Counted from the first letter of the stretch, positions 19,348 through 28,336 are shown. The stretch is 32,000 nucleotides of DNA from Schaalia meyeri (GCF_900105015.1 NZ_FNLK01000003.1:41255-73254), one strand, 5' to 3'. Numbers and translations are program-made. Notes: a model not told the origin generated them from the letters alone.

Positions 19348-20352
19348 GTGCATTTCGCAAATCTGACTTTCGCCACACGTCGCTTCCCCGGCCTCGTCGC
19401 TACTGGCGCGGCACTCCTTGCGCTGTCCGCGTGCCACGCCTCGTCCCTGCCGTCCCTGTCCGGCTTCGCGGCCGTGCGAGACCAGGCCGCTCGCACTGAA
19501 TCAGCCGCGTCCGCCCGCGCGTCCCAGCTGGCGCAGGTCGCCACTGACTGCGCATCCTGCTCGGCGGCTCTTCGGGCGGCCGCGTCCGCATCGGATGAAC
19601 GCCTACAGGCGCTCGGCGGCCTGTGGGACCCGTGGGGAGGCGCCACCCCCGAAGGAGAATCGGAGCCTGCCGCCGTGTCGGAAGCGCCCACGGAGGTGTC
19701 CGCCTACGTCTCGTGGCTGGCCCGAACGGCGACGCGCGACCTGGAAATCGCATCCGACCCGGACCGCGCCTCCATGGAGGAGGCGCGCACCCTCGCGGCG
19801 TCCGCACTGGGACGCTACGCGACCGCCGTCATGCTCGGCCAGGCGTACGGCATCGACCTGGATGCGGGGCGGGAACAGGCCACGGCCGTCAACGACCGCA
19901 TCAACGCGGCATCTCGTCAGGGCGTCCAGACGTGGTCGATTGACCTTTTCGACGCCCCCTCTGTGACGTCAGCCTTCGCCCCTTCGGGCAAGGAGCTGGC
20001 GTCCTCCACGGAGCTGTCGAACGCGGTCGCCACGTGGGATTGCACGGCTTCCACGCTCCCGAAGGCCCAGCTACATGCGGGTACGTTGAACGACGCCTAC
20101 GACGTGTCGGGCCAGCTGCTGGCCCGCGCCGAGACGGCCCTGCGAGCGGGGGCAGCGGACACGCGCACCCCGCGCTGCGAGCTGGAGGCCCTCGACCCGG
20201 CATCTCTGGCTTCCAACCTGTTGGCGGCGGATGCCGCCATGCTGGCCTCCGATTCCGCTTCTGTGCGCTCAGCTGGTGCCAGTGCCGCTCTGGCGGATAT
20301 CGAGCAGTGGGCGTCGCGCACGTCCCTGCCCTCGCTCATCGGTACCCGCTGA
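19348..20352 (+). CDS. Ala-rich putative lipoprotein of unknown function
   Basis: In-frame GTG 19348 gives VHFANLTFATRRFPGLVATGAALLALSAC: a positively charged n-region, an h-region and lipobox LSAC. The mature part is Ala-rich with 4 Cys, including CASC. The track start ATG 19276 would overlap rimP. GTG 19330 is also possible. Confidence 0.6.
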   Translation: MHFANLTFATRRFPGLVATGAALLALSACHASSLPSLSGFAAVRDQAARTESAASARASQLAQVATDCASCSAALRAAASASDERLQALGGLWDPWGGATPEGESEPAAVSEAPTEVSAYVSWLARTATRDLEIASDPDRASMEEARTLAASALGRYATAVMLGQAYGIDLDAGREQATAVNDRINAASRQGVQTWSIDLFDAPSVTSAFAPSGKELASSTELSNAVATWDCTASTLPKAQLHAGTLNDAYDVSGQLLARAETALRAGAADTRTPRCELEALDPASLASNLLAADAAMLASDSASVRSAGASAALADIEQWASRTSLPSLIGTR

Positions 20353-20486
20353 CGCGCGCCATCACAGCACCATCTCACCTTTAACGCGGGCGGCGTAACC
20401 GCTCGTGCCGCGCATGACCCGTTTCCACCTGGCGGCTCTTCGGCCCGCGGGCTTTTTTCGGCCAGACTTAGGGCGCCAAAGGCCGA

Positions 20487-20518
20487 GGCCGCGGAAACGC
20501 GATTGCGTCCCCGCGGCC
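20487..20518. terminator. GC-rich hairpin between the convergent lipoprotein and sialidase genes (possible factor-independent terminator without a clear U-tract)
   Basis: GGCCGCGG (20487-20494) pairs with CCGCGGCC (20511-20518). There is an inner stem ACGC-GATT-GCGT. It lies 23 nt downstream of the sialidase stop. Only a weak T-run follows on the minus strand (TCGGCCTTTGG). Confidence 0.35.
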
Positions 20519-20540
20519 CCGGCCCGCCGCTTAGGGTGGA

Positions 20541-22670
20541 TCAGATCCACGCACCCGAGGGCGAGAAGCGGTACCAGCGTCCGTCGATCATATGCCAACC
20601 GGTGACCATGTGACCGTCAGAGGCGAGGTAGTACCAGGTACCTCCGAGCTGCAGCCAACCGGTGACCATCGCGCCGGAGGCGTCCAGGTAGTACCAGCTA
20701 CCGTCGACCTGCGCCCAGCCGGTAACCATGACACCCGTGTCGGGGTCCAGGTAGTACCAGGTGCCTGCGTCCAGGAGCCAGCCGCTGACGCGAGCGCCGT
20801 AGGCGTTGAAGTAGCTCCACTTGCCGTCCTGCTTGTCCCAGCCGGTGACCATGAAGCCGTTGGCGTCGAAGCGGTAGGTGGCGTTACCAATGGTGAGGGT
20901 CTGGGAGGTCGCGAAGGACGAGTCTTCCAGCTGCCACTTCCATCCGTTGCCGGTGTTGACCCAGTGCGGAGGGGTCTTCGAGGGACCGGGATCCTCCGGC
21001 GCTGGCCCCTCCCCGGGATCGACGAGGCCCAGGTAGGCGGCGTCGAGGCGCGTAAATTCGATGTTCTTGTAGTCCTCGGACTCGTAGAGGAGACCCCAGG
21101 TTCCATCGCTGAGGGCGTGCAGGGTCGAGTAGGCCATCGCGCCCTTCTCGAACACCTTGCCCTCGTTCCAGGTGAAGCCGTCATCGTAGGAGATGCGGAC
21201 TGTTCCGTTCGCGCGTTCTTTGTCGGAATTGGCGTTAGAGAAGAGCAGGACGCGGGCACGCGCGGAACCCTTGGGGGCGTCCGGGTAGGCGCGCGTGATG
21301 GAGGCGTTGTTGCGCGGATCCTTCAGGTCCCAGTTGTGGCGGAAGGGACCCCAGGTTTGGCCGCCGTCATAAGAGATCGACTCCAGGCGCTGGCCGGCGT
21401 CGCCCTGCGTGCGCGAGTTGAGCAGCAGGCGACCGTCGGACAGCTCGACGACCTTGTTCTCGTCGGCGCTGCCTTCCGTGGCGGCGCCGGGCTTCCACGT
21501 GGCACCGTGGTCGTCGGAGTAGACGGAGACGGCCATCAGGGACCTGCTGCCGGATTTGGCGACGGCGTACTGCTGGATGAGTCGACCGGCGTGTGCGCCG
21601 TAGCGCAGCTGGATCCCCTCACCGGAGGAGGCGAAGCGCGTGGACCACTCGCTTTCGTGTCCCTGCGTCACCTGGTCGGTGATGGTGCGGGGGTTCTCCC
21701 AGGTGAGGCCGTTGTCGTGGGACTCAATCACGTGGGCGTGCAGGATGTTGCGGGCGGCGGGATCGGTGCCCAGCTGGGATTGGAAGAGACCCGCGTCGTA
21801 GGACTTGACAGAGAAGAGGAAAATCGTTCCGGTCGAGCGATCAACGACGAAGGACGGGTCGGAGTATCCAACCTTGTTCGCTCCGGGCGTGCCTGCGATA
21901 GCCGTATTGATGGGGGTCCAGGACTTTCCGCCATCCTTGGAGATACGGTAGACGATGGAGTTGGCCTGGGGGGCGTCCTGGCAGGTGTCGGGGCGCCCGT
22001 CCCACGCGGCGAGGATCCAGCCATTGGGGGCCGTGGTCAGCGCGGGGATGCGGTGGCAACTGAATCCGGCGCTTCCGGGGGAAGCCAGGCGAGCCTTTTC
22101 ACCGATGGCGTAGTCGCGAGGGGTTTCGAGCGGGTCGGGCTCCGGGGGGCGACTTCCCTCGACAACGGTGATCGGAGCGGCGTTGGCCGTGATGTTCCCG
22201 GCGATGACGTCCTTGCCTTCACGGTCGCGGGTGGCCGCCCACGTGGAGGTGGGGGTAAAGGATCCAGCCGCAACGTCCTCGGCGGTCACCGTGTGGCTGG
22301 CGCTCGTGCACTGCTTGGTGGTGTGCGCGGGCAGGTTGTGCCACCGGCAGTTGGGGGCGTTGGGCGGCAGCACGCCGGACAAGTTGGACTCCGTCGGGAA
22401 GGCGGTGAGCGCGCTGTCGGTTTCGTTGGTGTAGGTGAAAGTGACGGTAATGACGTCACCGGCGTACACCTTGTCGCCGTTGGAGTCGGTGCGGGTGGCG
22501 GTGACGGTGATCGGGGCCGAACCTTCTTGGGTTTCCGAGGCCGTGGTGGTGTCTGTGGTAGCGGTGTCGTTGTCGGGGGCGGCCAGCGCGGGAGCGGCCA
22601 GGGAGGCGCACAGCAGCACGGCTCCCGAGACTGCCGCGAGGGCTCGCCCATAGTGACGGAGGGTCATCAT
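20541..22670 (-). CDS. Secreted exo-alpha-sialidase (GH33-like) with C-terminal choline/cell-wall-binding-type repeats
   Basis: Signal peptide MMTLRHYGRALAAVSGAVLLCASLAAPALAAP. RIP motif FSCHRIPAL. Five Asp-boxes: SKDGGKSW, SHDNGLTW, SDDHGATW, SYDGGQTW, SYDDGFTW. The C-terminal 141 aa consist of GW/WYY repeats. ATG 22670 is preceded by AGAAGGA. Confidence 0.88.
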   Translation of the reverse strand: MMTLRHYGRALAAVSGAVLLCASLAAPALAAPDNDTATTDTTTASETQEGSAPITVTATRTDSNGDKVYAGDVITVTFTYTNETDSALTAFPTESNLSGVLPPNAPNCRWHNLPAHTTKQCTSASHTVTAEDVAAGSFTPTSTWAATRDREGKDVIAGNITANAAPITVVEGSRPPEPDPLETPRDYAIGEKARLASPGSAGFSCHRIPALTTAPNGWILAAWDGRPDTCQDAPQANSIVYRISKDGGKSWTPINTAIAGTPGANKVGYSDPSFVVDRSTGTIFLFSVKSYDAGLFQSQLGTDPAARNILHAHVIESHDNGLTWENPRTITDQVTQGHESEWSTRFASSGEGIQLRYGAHAGRLIQQYAVAKSGSRSLMAVSVYSDDHGATWKPGAATEGSADENKVVELSDGRLLLNSRTQGDAGQRLESISYDGGQTWGPFRHNWDLKDPRNNASITRAYPDAPKGSARARVLLFSNANSDKERANGTVRISYDDGFTWNEGKVFEKGAMAYSTLHALSDGTWGLLYESEDYKNIEFTRLDAAYLGLVDPGEGPAPEDPGPSKTPPHWVNTGNGWKWQLEDSSFATSQTLTIGNATYRFDANGFMVTGWDKQDGKWSYFNAYGARVSGWLLDAGTWYYLDPDTGVMVTGWAQVDGSWYYLDASGAMVTGWLQLGGTWYYLASDGHMVTGWHMIDGRWYRFSPSGAWI
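20544..20966 (-). repeat. About 6-7 tandem ~20-aa (~60-nt) repeats encoding the cell-wall-binding-type module of the sialidase
   Basis: The protein shows ...FMVTGW / ARVSGW / VMVTGW / AMVTGW / HMVTGW, each followed by x(3-5)G(S/T/K/R)WYY. At DNA level CC(A/G)(A/G)CCGGTGACCAT-like strings recur about every 60 nt on the plus strand. Confidence 0.8.
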
Positions 22671-22916
22671 TGGTCCTTCTATGATGGGTGATCAGTACGC
22701 GGTGAGTGGGCCGAAACTCTCTCTCCACAAGATTCATCATACAAATTTAGATGCTCGCTAACCAGTTATACGCACAAAAAGCACCCCACGGCCCTGTTTG
22801 CCCCCCATCATTCAATGCGGATGCGGGCGGATCTGGCGCGCCCATCCTCGACGGCGTTTCCCTCACGGCCACTGCACCGCCCTCCCCCGATCCGTCAATT
22901 GCGCGGGCGCGAGCAA

Positions 22917-22952
22917 CCCCGGCCTCGTAGATGCTCTTGGACGAGGCCGGGG
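22917..22952 (-). terminator. Hairpin terminator candidate after ilvC
   Basis: Perfect 12-bp stem CCCCGGCCTCGT (22917-22928) / ACGAGGCCGGGG (22941-22952) with a 12-nt loop, 25 nt after the ilvC stop. The downstream T-tract on the minus strand is weak (TTGCTCG). Confidence 0.5.
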
Positions 22953-22976
22953 CTTGGCGTCATTGGTAGAGGACTA

Positions 22977-24002
22977 TCAGCGCGCGGCGCTGCCCTCGGT
23001 GTAATCCTCATCCGCGTCAGTCCAGCCGAAAGCCTTGCGCAGCTTCTGGCCGGTCCGCTCGATCAGGTGAGTTTCTTCGTCAGCGCGCAGCGCCTTGAAT
23101 TCGAGAGCGCCGTTATCCTGGTCGGCGATGAACCTGCGGGCGAATGAACCGTCTTGAATGTCGGACAGGATATCCTTCATGGCCTGTTTCGACGCCTCGC
23201 CGATGACGCGCGGGCCGGAAACGTAGTCGCCGTACTCGGCGGTGTCAGAGCAGGACCAACGCTGCTTGGTGATACCGCCCTCGTTGATGAGATCGACGAT
23301 CTGCTTCATCTCGTGACAAACCTCGAAGTAGGCGATCTCGGGTTGGTAGCCGGCCTCGACCAGAGTCTCGAAGCCCGCCTGGATCAGGTGCGACACGCCG
23401 CCACACAACACGGCCTGCTCACCAAAGAGATCGGTCTCGGTCTCTTCGGTGAAGGTGGTCTTGATGACGCCCGCCCGGGTGCCGCCGATCGCCTTCGCGT
23501 AGGACAGAACCAGGTCCCATGCCGTGCCGGAGGCATCCACCTCGACGGCGACGACATCCGGGGTGCCCTTACCCTCCACGTAGGTCTCGCGGACCTTGTG
23601 GCCCGGCCCCTTGGGGGCCACCATGATGACATCGTGGCCGGCGGGGGCCTCGATGTAGCCATAGCGAATGTTGAAGCCGTGCGCGAACAGCAGGGCCGCG
23701 CCCTCCCTCAGGTTGGGGGCAACCTGCTCGGCGTAGACGTAGCGCTGAACCTGGTCGGGCAGCAGGATAGAGACGACGTCGCCCTCGGCCACGGCCTCGG
23801 GCACGTCCTTCACTGCCAGGCCGGCGGCCTCTGCCTTGTCCCACGAGGACGAGCCGGGGCGCAGGCCGACGACCACGTCAACTCCGGAATCCTTCAGGTT
23901 GAGCGCGTGCGCGTGGCCCTGCGAGCCGTAACCAATAACGGCAACCTTTTTGGACTGGATCAGCGACAGGTCCGCGCCGTCGTCATAGATGATCTTAGCC
24001 AT
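22977..24002 (-). CDS. ilvC: Ketol-acid reductoisomerase
   Basis: [36 protein letters not shown]; 341 aa, class I length. Confidence 0.95.
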   Translation of the reverse strand: MAKIIYDDGADLSLIQSKKVAVIGYGSQGHAHALNLKDSGVDVVVGLRPGSSSWDKAEAAGLAVKDVPEAVAEGDVVSILLPDQVQRYVYAEQVAPNLREGAALLFAHGFNIRYGYIEAPAGHDVIMVAPKGPGHKVRETYVEGKGTPDVVAVEVDASGTAWDLVLSYAKAIGGTRAGVIKTTFTEETETDLFGEQAVLCGGVSHLIQAGFETLVEAGYQPEIAYFEVCHEMKQIVDLINEGGITKQRWSCSDTAEYGDYVSGPRVIGEASKQAMKDILSDIQDGSFARRFIADQDNGALEFKALRADEETHLIERTGQKLRKAFGWTDADEDYTEGSAAR

Positions 24003-24004
24003 TG

Positions 24005-24517
24005 CTATTTCTCCTTCAGTTGATCCGTGATCGAGCGTGAGCCGCGACCGATCGCCACGGCACCCGATTGGACGAGTTCGGTGACGCCGTAGGGCTCAAG
24101 TGCCCGCAGCAGCGCCTCCAGCTTGGACAGCGAACCGATCGACTCGATGACAACCGACTCGGGTTGAACGTCAACGACGTGCGCGCGAAACAGGTCCACG
24201 ATCTGCAGGACCGAGGTGCGACGGGTTTCGTCCGCCTGAACCTTCATCATGAGCAGGCGCCGTTCGATGGAGTCTCCAGGTTCGAGTTCGACGACCTTGA
24301 GGACGTTAATGAGCTTGTTGAGCTGCTTGACCACCTGCTCGATGGGCGCAGAGTCGGCATCCACGATGATGGTCATGCGGGAAAATTCGGGGTGCTCGGT
24401 CTCCCCCACTGTCAGCGACTTGATGTTAAAGGTGCGGCGGGCGAAAAGCGCGGCGACACGGGTCAGCACGCCGGGCTTGTTTTCGACCAGCACGGCCAGA
24501 GTGTGTCGTTTTGTCAT
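24005..24517 (-). CDS. ilvN: Acetolactate synthase small (regulatory) subunit
   Basis: ACT domain [34 protein letters not shown]; 170 aa. Its ATG overlaps the ilvB stop by 1 nt (TGATG). Confidence 0.93.
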   Translation of the reverse strand: MTKRHTLAVLVENKPGVLTRVAALFARRTFNIKSLTVGETEHPEFSRMTIIVDADSAPIEQVVKQLNKLINVLKVVELEPGDSIERRLLMMKVQADETRRTSVLQIVDLFRAHVVDVQPESVVIESIGSLSKLEALLRALEPYGVTELVQSGAVAIGRGSRSITDQLKEK

Positions 24518-26283
24518 CAGTCTTCTCCTTCCCAGTCGGGCGCCATTCCCTTGGCGTAACGAATCTCATCGTTAGAGACCCCTGCGGCGACCATCGGCCA
24601 CACCATCGAATCCTTCGAGACGCGAAAGTCAATGAGGACGGGACGATCATTGATGGACATTGCCCATTCGATGGCCTCGTTAACTTCGTCGATAGAGCGA
24701 ACTGTGCGCGCGGCCATTCCGTAGGCCTGGGCGAGCATTTCGAAGTTGGGGATCTGTTCGCCCTCGCTCGGATTCAACGTCGTGTTCGAGTAGCGCTTCC
24801 CGTAGAACAGGGACTGCCACTGACGCACCATGCCCAGCACCGAATTGTTGATGAGGGCGACCTTGATCGGGATATTGTTCACCGTACAGGTGGCCAGCTC
24901 CTGGTTGGTCATCTGGAAGGATCCGTCCCCGTCGATCGCCCACACGACCTTGTCGGGGACCCCGACCTGCGCGCCCATGGCCGCGGGGACGCAGTACCCC
25001 ATCGTGCCGGAGCCGGATGAGGAGATGAAGCTGCGCGGGTTGTCCAGGGTAACGAACTGCGCCGCCCACATCTGGTGCTGTCCCACGCCGGTCACGTAGA
25101 TGGCGTCGGGGCCCACTGTCTCGGACAGCTTCTTGATGACCTCCTGGGGGGCCATCATCCCGTCCTCGGGCTCGGCCCAGCCGATCGGGTACTTGGTGCG
25201 CAGACGGTCGAGGTAGCGCCACCAGCCTGAGATATCGGCCTTCCTGCTCGCCTGGGCCTGGGCGATATGCTCGGAAAGGATCGGCAGGGCGGTCGCGAGA
25301 TCCGCGACGATCGGGATATCGGCGCGGCGGTTCTTCGAGATTTCTGCGGCATCAATATCGATGTGGATGATCGTCGCGCGGGGAGCGAAAGAATCCAGAC
25401 GCCCCGTAACGCGGTCGTCGAAACGAGCGCCGAGCGCCACGATCAGATCCGCGCGCTGGAGCGCCCCAACCGCAGCAACCGTGCCGTGCATGCCGGGCAT
25501 CCCCAGATTGTGGCGGTCGGAGTCGGGGAAGGCCCCGCGCGCGGTCAGCGTCGTCACCACGGGAGCGTTCGTGATCTCCACCAGATCGGCCAGGGCATCC
25601 GTCGCTCCCGCGCGCATCACGCCGCCGCCGACATAGAGCACGGGAGCTTGCGCATCGGTGATCGCGCGAGCCGCGGCACGCACCTGCTTCGTGTTTGGTT
25701 TGTCCGCGACCCTGTATCCGGGCAGCTCCAATTCCGGGGGCCACGAGAAGTCCATCTGCGCCATCTGGGCGGACTTCGCGATATCGACCAGCACGGGTCC
25801 GGGCCGACCCGTCGCAGCCAGGTGAAAGGCCTCGGCCAGGCGCGCGGGGATCTCGGCCGGATCCGTCACCAGGAAGGAGTGCTTAGTGACGGGCATCGAC
25901 GCGCCGACCACGTCGGCTTCCTGAAAGGCGTCGCTGCCGATCAGGGAGGCGCCTACCTGCCCCGAGATCACGACGATCGGAACGGAATCCATGCACGCAT
26001 CGCCCAGAGCGGTCAGCACGTTCGTCGCGCCGGGACCAGATGTCACCATTGCGCAACCGATCTTGCCGGTGGCAAGCGCGTATCCCTCTGCGGCGTGGCC
26101 CGCGCCCTGCTCGTGGCGAACCAGGATGTGACGAATCACCGTCGAGGCCATCATGGGGTCGTACGTCGGCAAAATTGCACCTCCGGGCATGCCGAATACG
26201 TCGGTCACTCCCAGCGCTTCAAGGGTGGCGATGATGGCCTCGGCTCCGGTCATCCGGGTGGTGTTGCTGGTGTCGCTCACCAT
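24517..26283 (-). CDS. ilvB: Acetolactate synthase large (catalytic) subunit
   Basis: From ATG 26283 (GAGAGGA SD): MVSDTSNTTRMTGAEAIIATLEALGVTDVFGMPGGAILP. ThDP motif IDGDGSFQM...LINNSVLGMV. The 53-aa N-terminal extension in the track runs through the leader terminator and is rejected. Confidence 0.95.
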   Translation of the reverse strand: MVSDTSNTTRMTGAEAIIATLEALGVTDVFGMPGGAILPTYDPMMASTVIRHILVRHEQGAGHAAEGYALATGKIGCAMVTSGPGATNVLTALGDACMDSVPIVVISGQVGASLIGSDAFQEADVVGASMPVTKHSFLVTDPAEIPARLAEAFHLAATGRPGPVLVDIAKSAQMAQMDFSWPPELELPGYRVADKPNTKQVRAAARAITDAQAPVLYVGGGVMRAGATDALADLVEITNAPVVTTLTARGAFPDSDRHNLGMPGMHGTVAAVGALQRADLIVALGARFDDRVTGRLDSFAPRATIIHIDIDAAEISKNRRADIPIVADLATALPILSEHIAQAQASRKADISGWWRYLDRLRTKYPIGWAEPEDGMMAPQEVIKKLSETVGPDAIYVTGVGQHQMWAAQFVTLDNPRSFISSSGSGTMGYCVPAAMGAQVGVPDKVVWAIDGDGSFQMTNQELATCTVNNIPIKVALINNSVLGMVRQWQSLFYGKRYSNTTLNPSEGEQIPNFEMLAQAYGMAARTVRSIDEVNEAIEWAMSINDRPVLIDFRVSKDSMVWPMVAAGVSNDEIRYAKGMAPDWEGED

Positions 26284-26310
26284 TCGTCCTCTCAATCGTT
26301 GGGACAGTCT

Positions 26311-26356
26311 CAAAGAAAAAGCCCCGTCATATCCGGGAAAATCCTCGGACGCGGGG
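26311..26356 (-). terminator. Intrinsic terminator inside the ilvB 5' leader (attenuator terminator)
   Basis: Minus strand CCCCG-CG-TCCG-AGGATTTTCC-CGGA-TATGA-CGGGG: outer 5 bp and inner 4 bp. It is followed by CTTTTTCTTTG and ends about 28 nt before the ilvB ATG. Confidence 0.6.
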
Positions 26357-26360
26357 AACA

Positions 26361-26453
26361 GGCGTGCGATCCATCCTCTCGTTACGCGGCAGTCATCGCA
26401 CGCCCGGGTACGATATCCAGGGCGAAGGTTCCAATCCCGCAAACGCTGAGCAT
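26361..26453 (-). promoter_or_regulatory. ilvB leader: 10-bp perfect inverted repeat plus a candidate 23-codon leader ORF
   Basis: GGCGTGCGAT (26361-26370) pairs with ATCGCACGCC (26395-26404). The minus-strand ORF ATG 26453 to TAA 26382 encodes MLSVCGIGTFALDIVPGRAMTAA and stops inside the hairpin loop. The SD is weak and there is no run of consecutive Ile/Val/Leu codons. Confidence 0.3.
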
Positions 26454-26618
26454 GGGCTTACCGTATCTCTCCCACGACGAGGCGCTCCGGACCATCTCAT
26501 TGTGCGGAATGCCAGGGGTCCAGCACCGCTCAGGACGACGTACTGAGACACACAGCACGTACAGCTGGTTTAATTGACTTATCCTTCATACCGCAATTCA
26601 CGACACGGAGACTTCATC

Positions 26619-28211
26619 GTGGTACAGATCTTTGAGATCTTGAGTCAGCAGCCGGTGCTGTTCCTCTTTCTTCTCATCGGCATCGGAATGGCCTTCGGGC
26701 ACGTGAAAATCAAGGGCATTAGTCTCGGCGCCGCCGCCGTTCTCTTCTTCGCCATCGTCATGGCCGCCTGGGCACAGTCCTACGGGATCGAGTTACGGGT
26801 CACCCCTCAGCTGGGAACGCTCGGCCTGACGCTCTTCACCTTCGCCATCGGCATTAACTCGGGAGCCTCTTTCTTCCACAATCTCAAGAGCGCCATCGGC
26901 CCGATCCTGACGATGGTTGCTTTCTACGGCATCGCCGCCACCGCGGGCCTGTACGTCGGTAAGGCCATGGGGATGGACGTGCCTCTCATTGCCGGCACCT
27001 TCGCGGGCGCCGTGACGAACACTCCCGCGCTGGCAGCCGCAGGCGAGGCCAGCGGCGATCCCGCCCGCGCGACCGTCGGCTACTCGATCGCCTACCTGTT
27101 CGGCGTTATCGGAATGCTCGTCGCTTCGATGGCGGCCCTGCACTACGGTCGCCACGACAAAGATGCCCCCTCTCCGCTCTCAAACCGCACGATCCGCGTT
27201 GAGCGCGACGACCATCCTTTCGTCGGCGACATCTACGACAAGCTCGGTGAGAAAGTCTCGTTCTCACGCCTGCGCCGCGGCGAAACCGGTCCTATCACCC
27301 GGCCGGCGATGTCGGACACGCTCGATCCGGGTGATCTGGTGACCGTCGTCGGTCCCCGTGAGCTCGTCGCACGCGCCGCCACCGAGCTGGGCCACGCTTC
27401 CTCTCACTCGCTCATGCAGGATCGCTCCTACCTGGATTTCCGCCGCATGACGATCTCGAATCCCAAGATCGCTGGTCGAACGGTCGCGTCGTTGGGACTC
27501 GCGAAAGGCTTTTCCGCAACCATCTCTCGTGTCCGCCGCGGCGACGTCGACATGATCGCTGAACCGGGTCTGGTCCTGCAGCAAGGTGACCGCGTCCGTG
27601 TCGTCGCCCCCACCTCGAAGATGAACGAGATCACGAAGTTCTTCGGCGATTCGACACGAGGCCTGACGGACCTCAACCCCATCGCCCTGGGCCTGGGAAT
27701 GGCCATCGGCATCGCCATCGGCGAACTTCCGATCCTGACCCCCTCGGGTGAGTACTTTTCGATCGGTTCCGCTGCGGGCACGCTCATTGTCGGGCTTGTT
27801 TTTGGCCGCATCGGCCGCATCGGCCCTGTCGCGACCGCTCTGCCCTTCACGACGTGTCAGGTGCTCGCCGAGGTCGGCCTCCTGATCTTCCTCGCGCAGG
27901 CTGGCGCCAAGGCCGGCGGCCAGATTCTCGAGGCGTTCACGTCGGGCGACTGGATCCGCATCTTCCTGCTGGGGATTCTCATAACGCTCATCATGGCTGT
28001 CGGCCTTTACGTAACCATGCGCTGGGTGTTCAAGATGGGCGGCACGAAGCTCGCCGGTCTGTTGGGTGGCTCGCAGACACAGCCGGCGGTTCTGGCCTTC
28101 GCCAACGGGCGCACCAACGCTGATCCGCGCGTTGCACTGGGGTATGCTTTGGTTTATCCGGTCGCGATGGTCGGAAAGATCGTCGTCGCCCAGATTCTGG
28201 GCGGCATGTGA
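26619..28211 (+). CDS. YidE/YbjL/AspT-type (AAE family) transporter with two central RCK_C/TrkA-C domains
   Basis: Duplicated membrane halves (ILSQQPVLFLFLLIGIGMAFGHVKIKGISLG...; ...NPIALGLGMAIGIAIGELPI...) flank two soluble repeats (GDLVTVVGP / GDRVRVVAP). GTG 26619 has GGAG 8 nt upstream. The track TTG start at 26574 is less likely. Confidence 0.8.
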   Translation: MVQIFEILSQQPVLFLFLLIGIGMAFGHVKIKGISLGAAAVLFFAIVMAAWAQSYGIELRVTPQLGTLGLTLFTFAIGINSGASFFHNLKSAIGPILTMVAFYGIAATAGLYVGKAMGMDVPLIAGTFAGAVTNTPALAAAGEASGDPARATVGYSIAYLFGVIGMLVASMAALHYGRHDKDAPSPLSNRTIRVERDDHPFVGDIYDKLGEKVSFSRLRRGETGPITRPAMSDTLDPGDLVTVVGPRELVARAATELGHASSHSLMQDRSYLDFRRMTISNPKIAGRTVASLGLAKGFSATISRVRRGDVDMIAEPGLVLQQGDRVRVVAPTSKMNEITKFFGDSTRGLTDLNPIALGLGMAIGIAIGELPILTPSGEYFSIGSAAGTLIVGLVFGRIGRIGPVATALPFTTCQVLAEVGLLIFLAQAGAKAGGQILEAFTSGDWIRIFLLGILITLIMAVGLYVTMRWVFKMGGTKLAGLLGGSQTQPAVLAFANGRTNADPRVALGYALVYPVAMVGKIVVAQILGGM

Positions 28212-28295
28212 CAAGCTATGGCGGCGGAGTTGTCTGATACGCTCCGCACGCCCTGCGAACGGGCGGGGACACACCCCCATCCTCCCCCGCCCGTG

Positions 28296-28336
28296 CGAAT
28301 GGGGTCGGCCTTCGGGTCGGCCCCATTCGTTTTGTC
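28296..28336 (+). terminator. Intrinsic terminator of the transporter gene
   Basis: CGAATGGGGTCGGCC-TTCG-GGTCGGCCCCATTCG: a 15-bp stem with two G-U pairs and a UUCG tetraloop. It is followed by TTTTGTC. Confidence 0.8.

Noticed and set aside
20362-20605. Small ORFs (78 aa minus, 66 aa plus) and a TTTTTT run (about 20453-20458) between the lipoprotein and sialidase genes, considered as a possible terminator or small gene.
   Set aside because: I could not find a convincing stem directly preceding the T-run (only a 3-4 bp GCCC/GGGC pairing). The ORFs are Arg-rich and lack SD sequences. Only the 20487-20518 hairpin is reported, at low confidence.
19276-22976. The lipoprotein-sialidase segment considered as a mobile genomic island.
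   Set aside because: There is no integrase, transposase, tRNA or flanking direct repeat visible. GC content and codon style look native, apart from the AT-rich sialidase promoter region. It is therefore reported only as a synteny-break accessory locus.
26284-26618. T-box or riboswitch upstream of ilvB or of the divergent transporter.
   Set aside because: I could not recognise a T-box specifier/AGAGA/T-box consensus or any riboswitch core that I know by eye. The region is better explained by a terminator-based attenuator. A covariance-model scan is needed to be sure.
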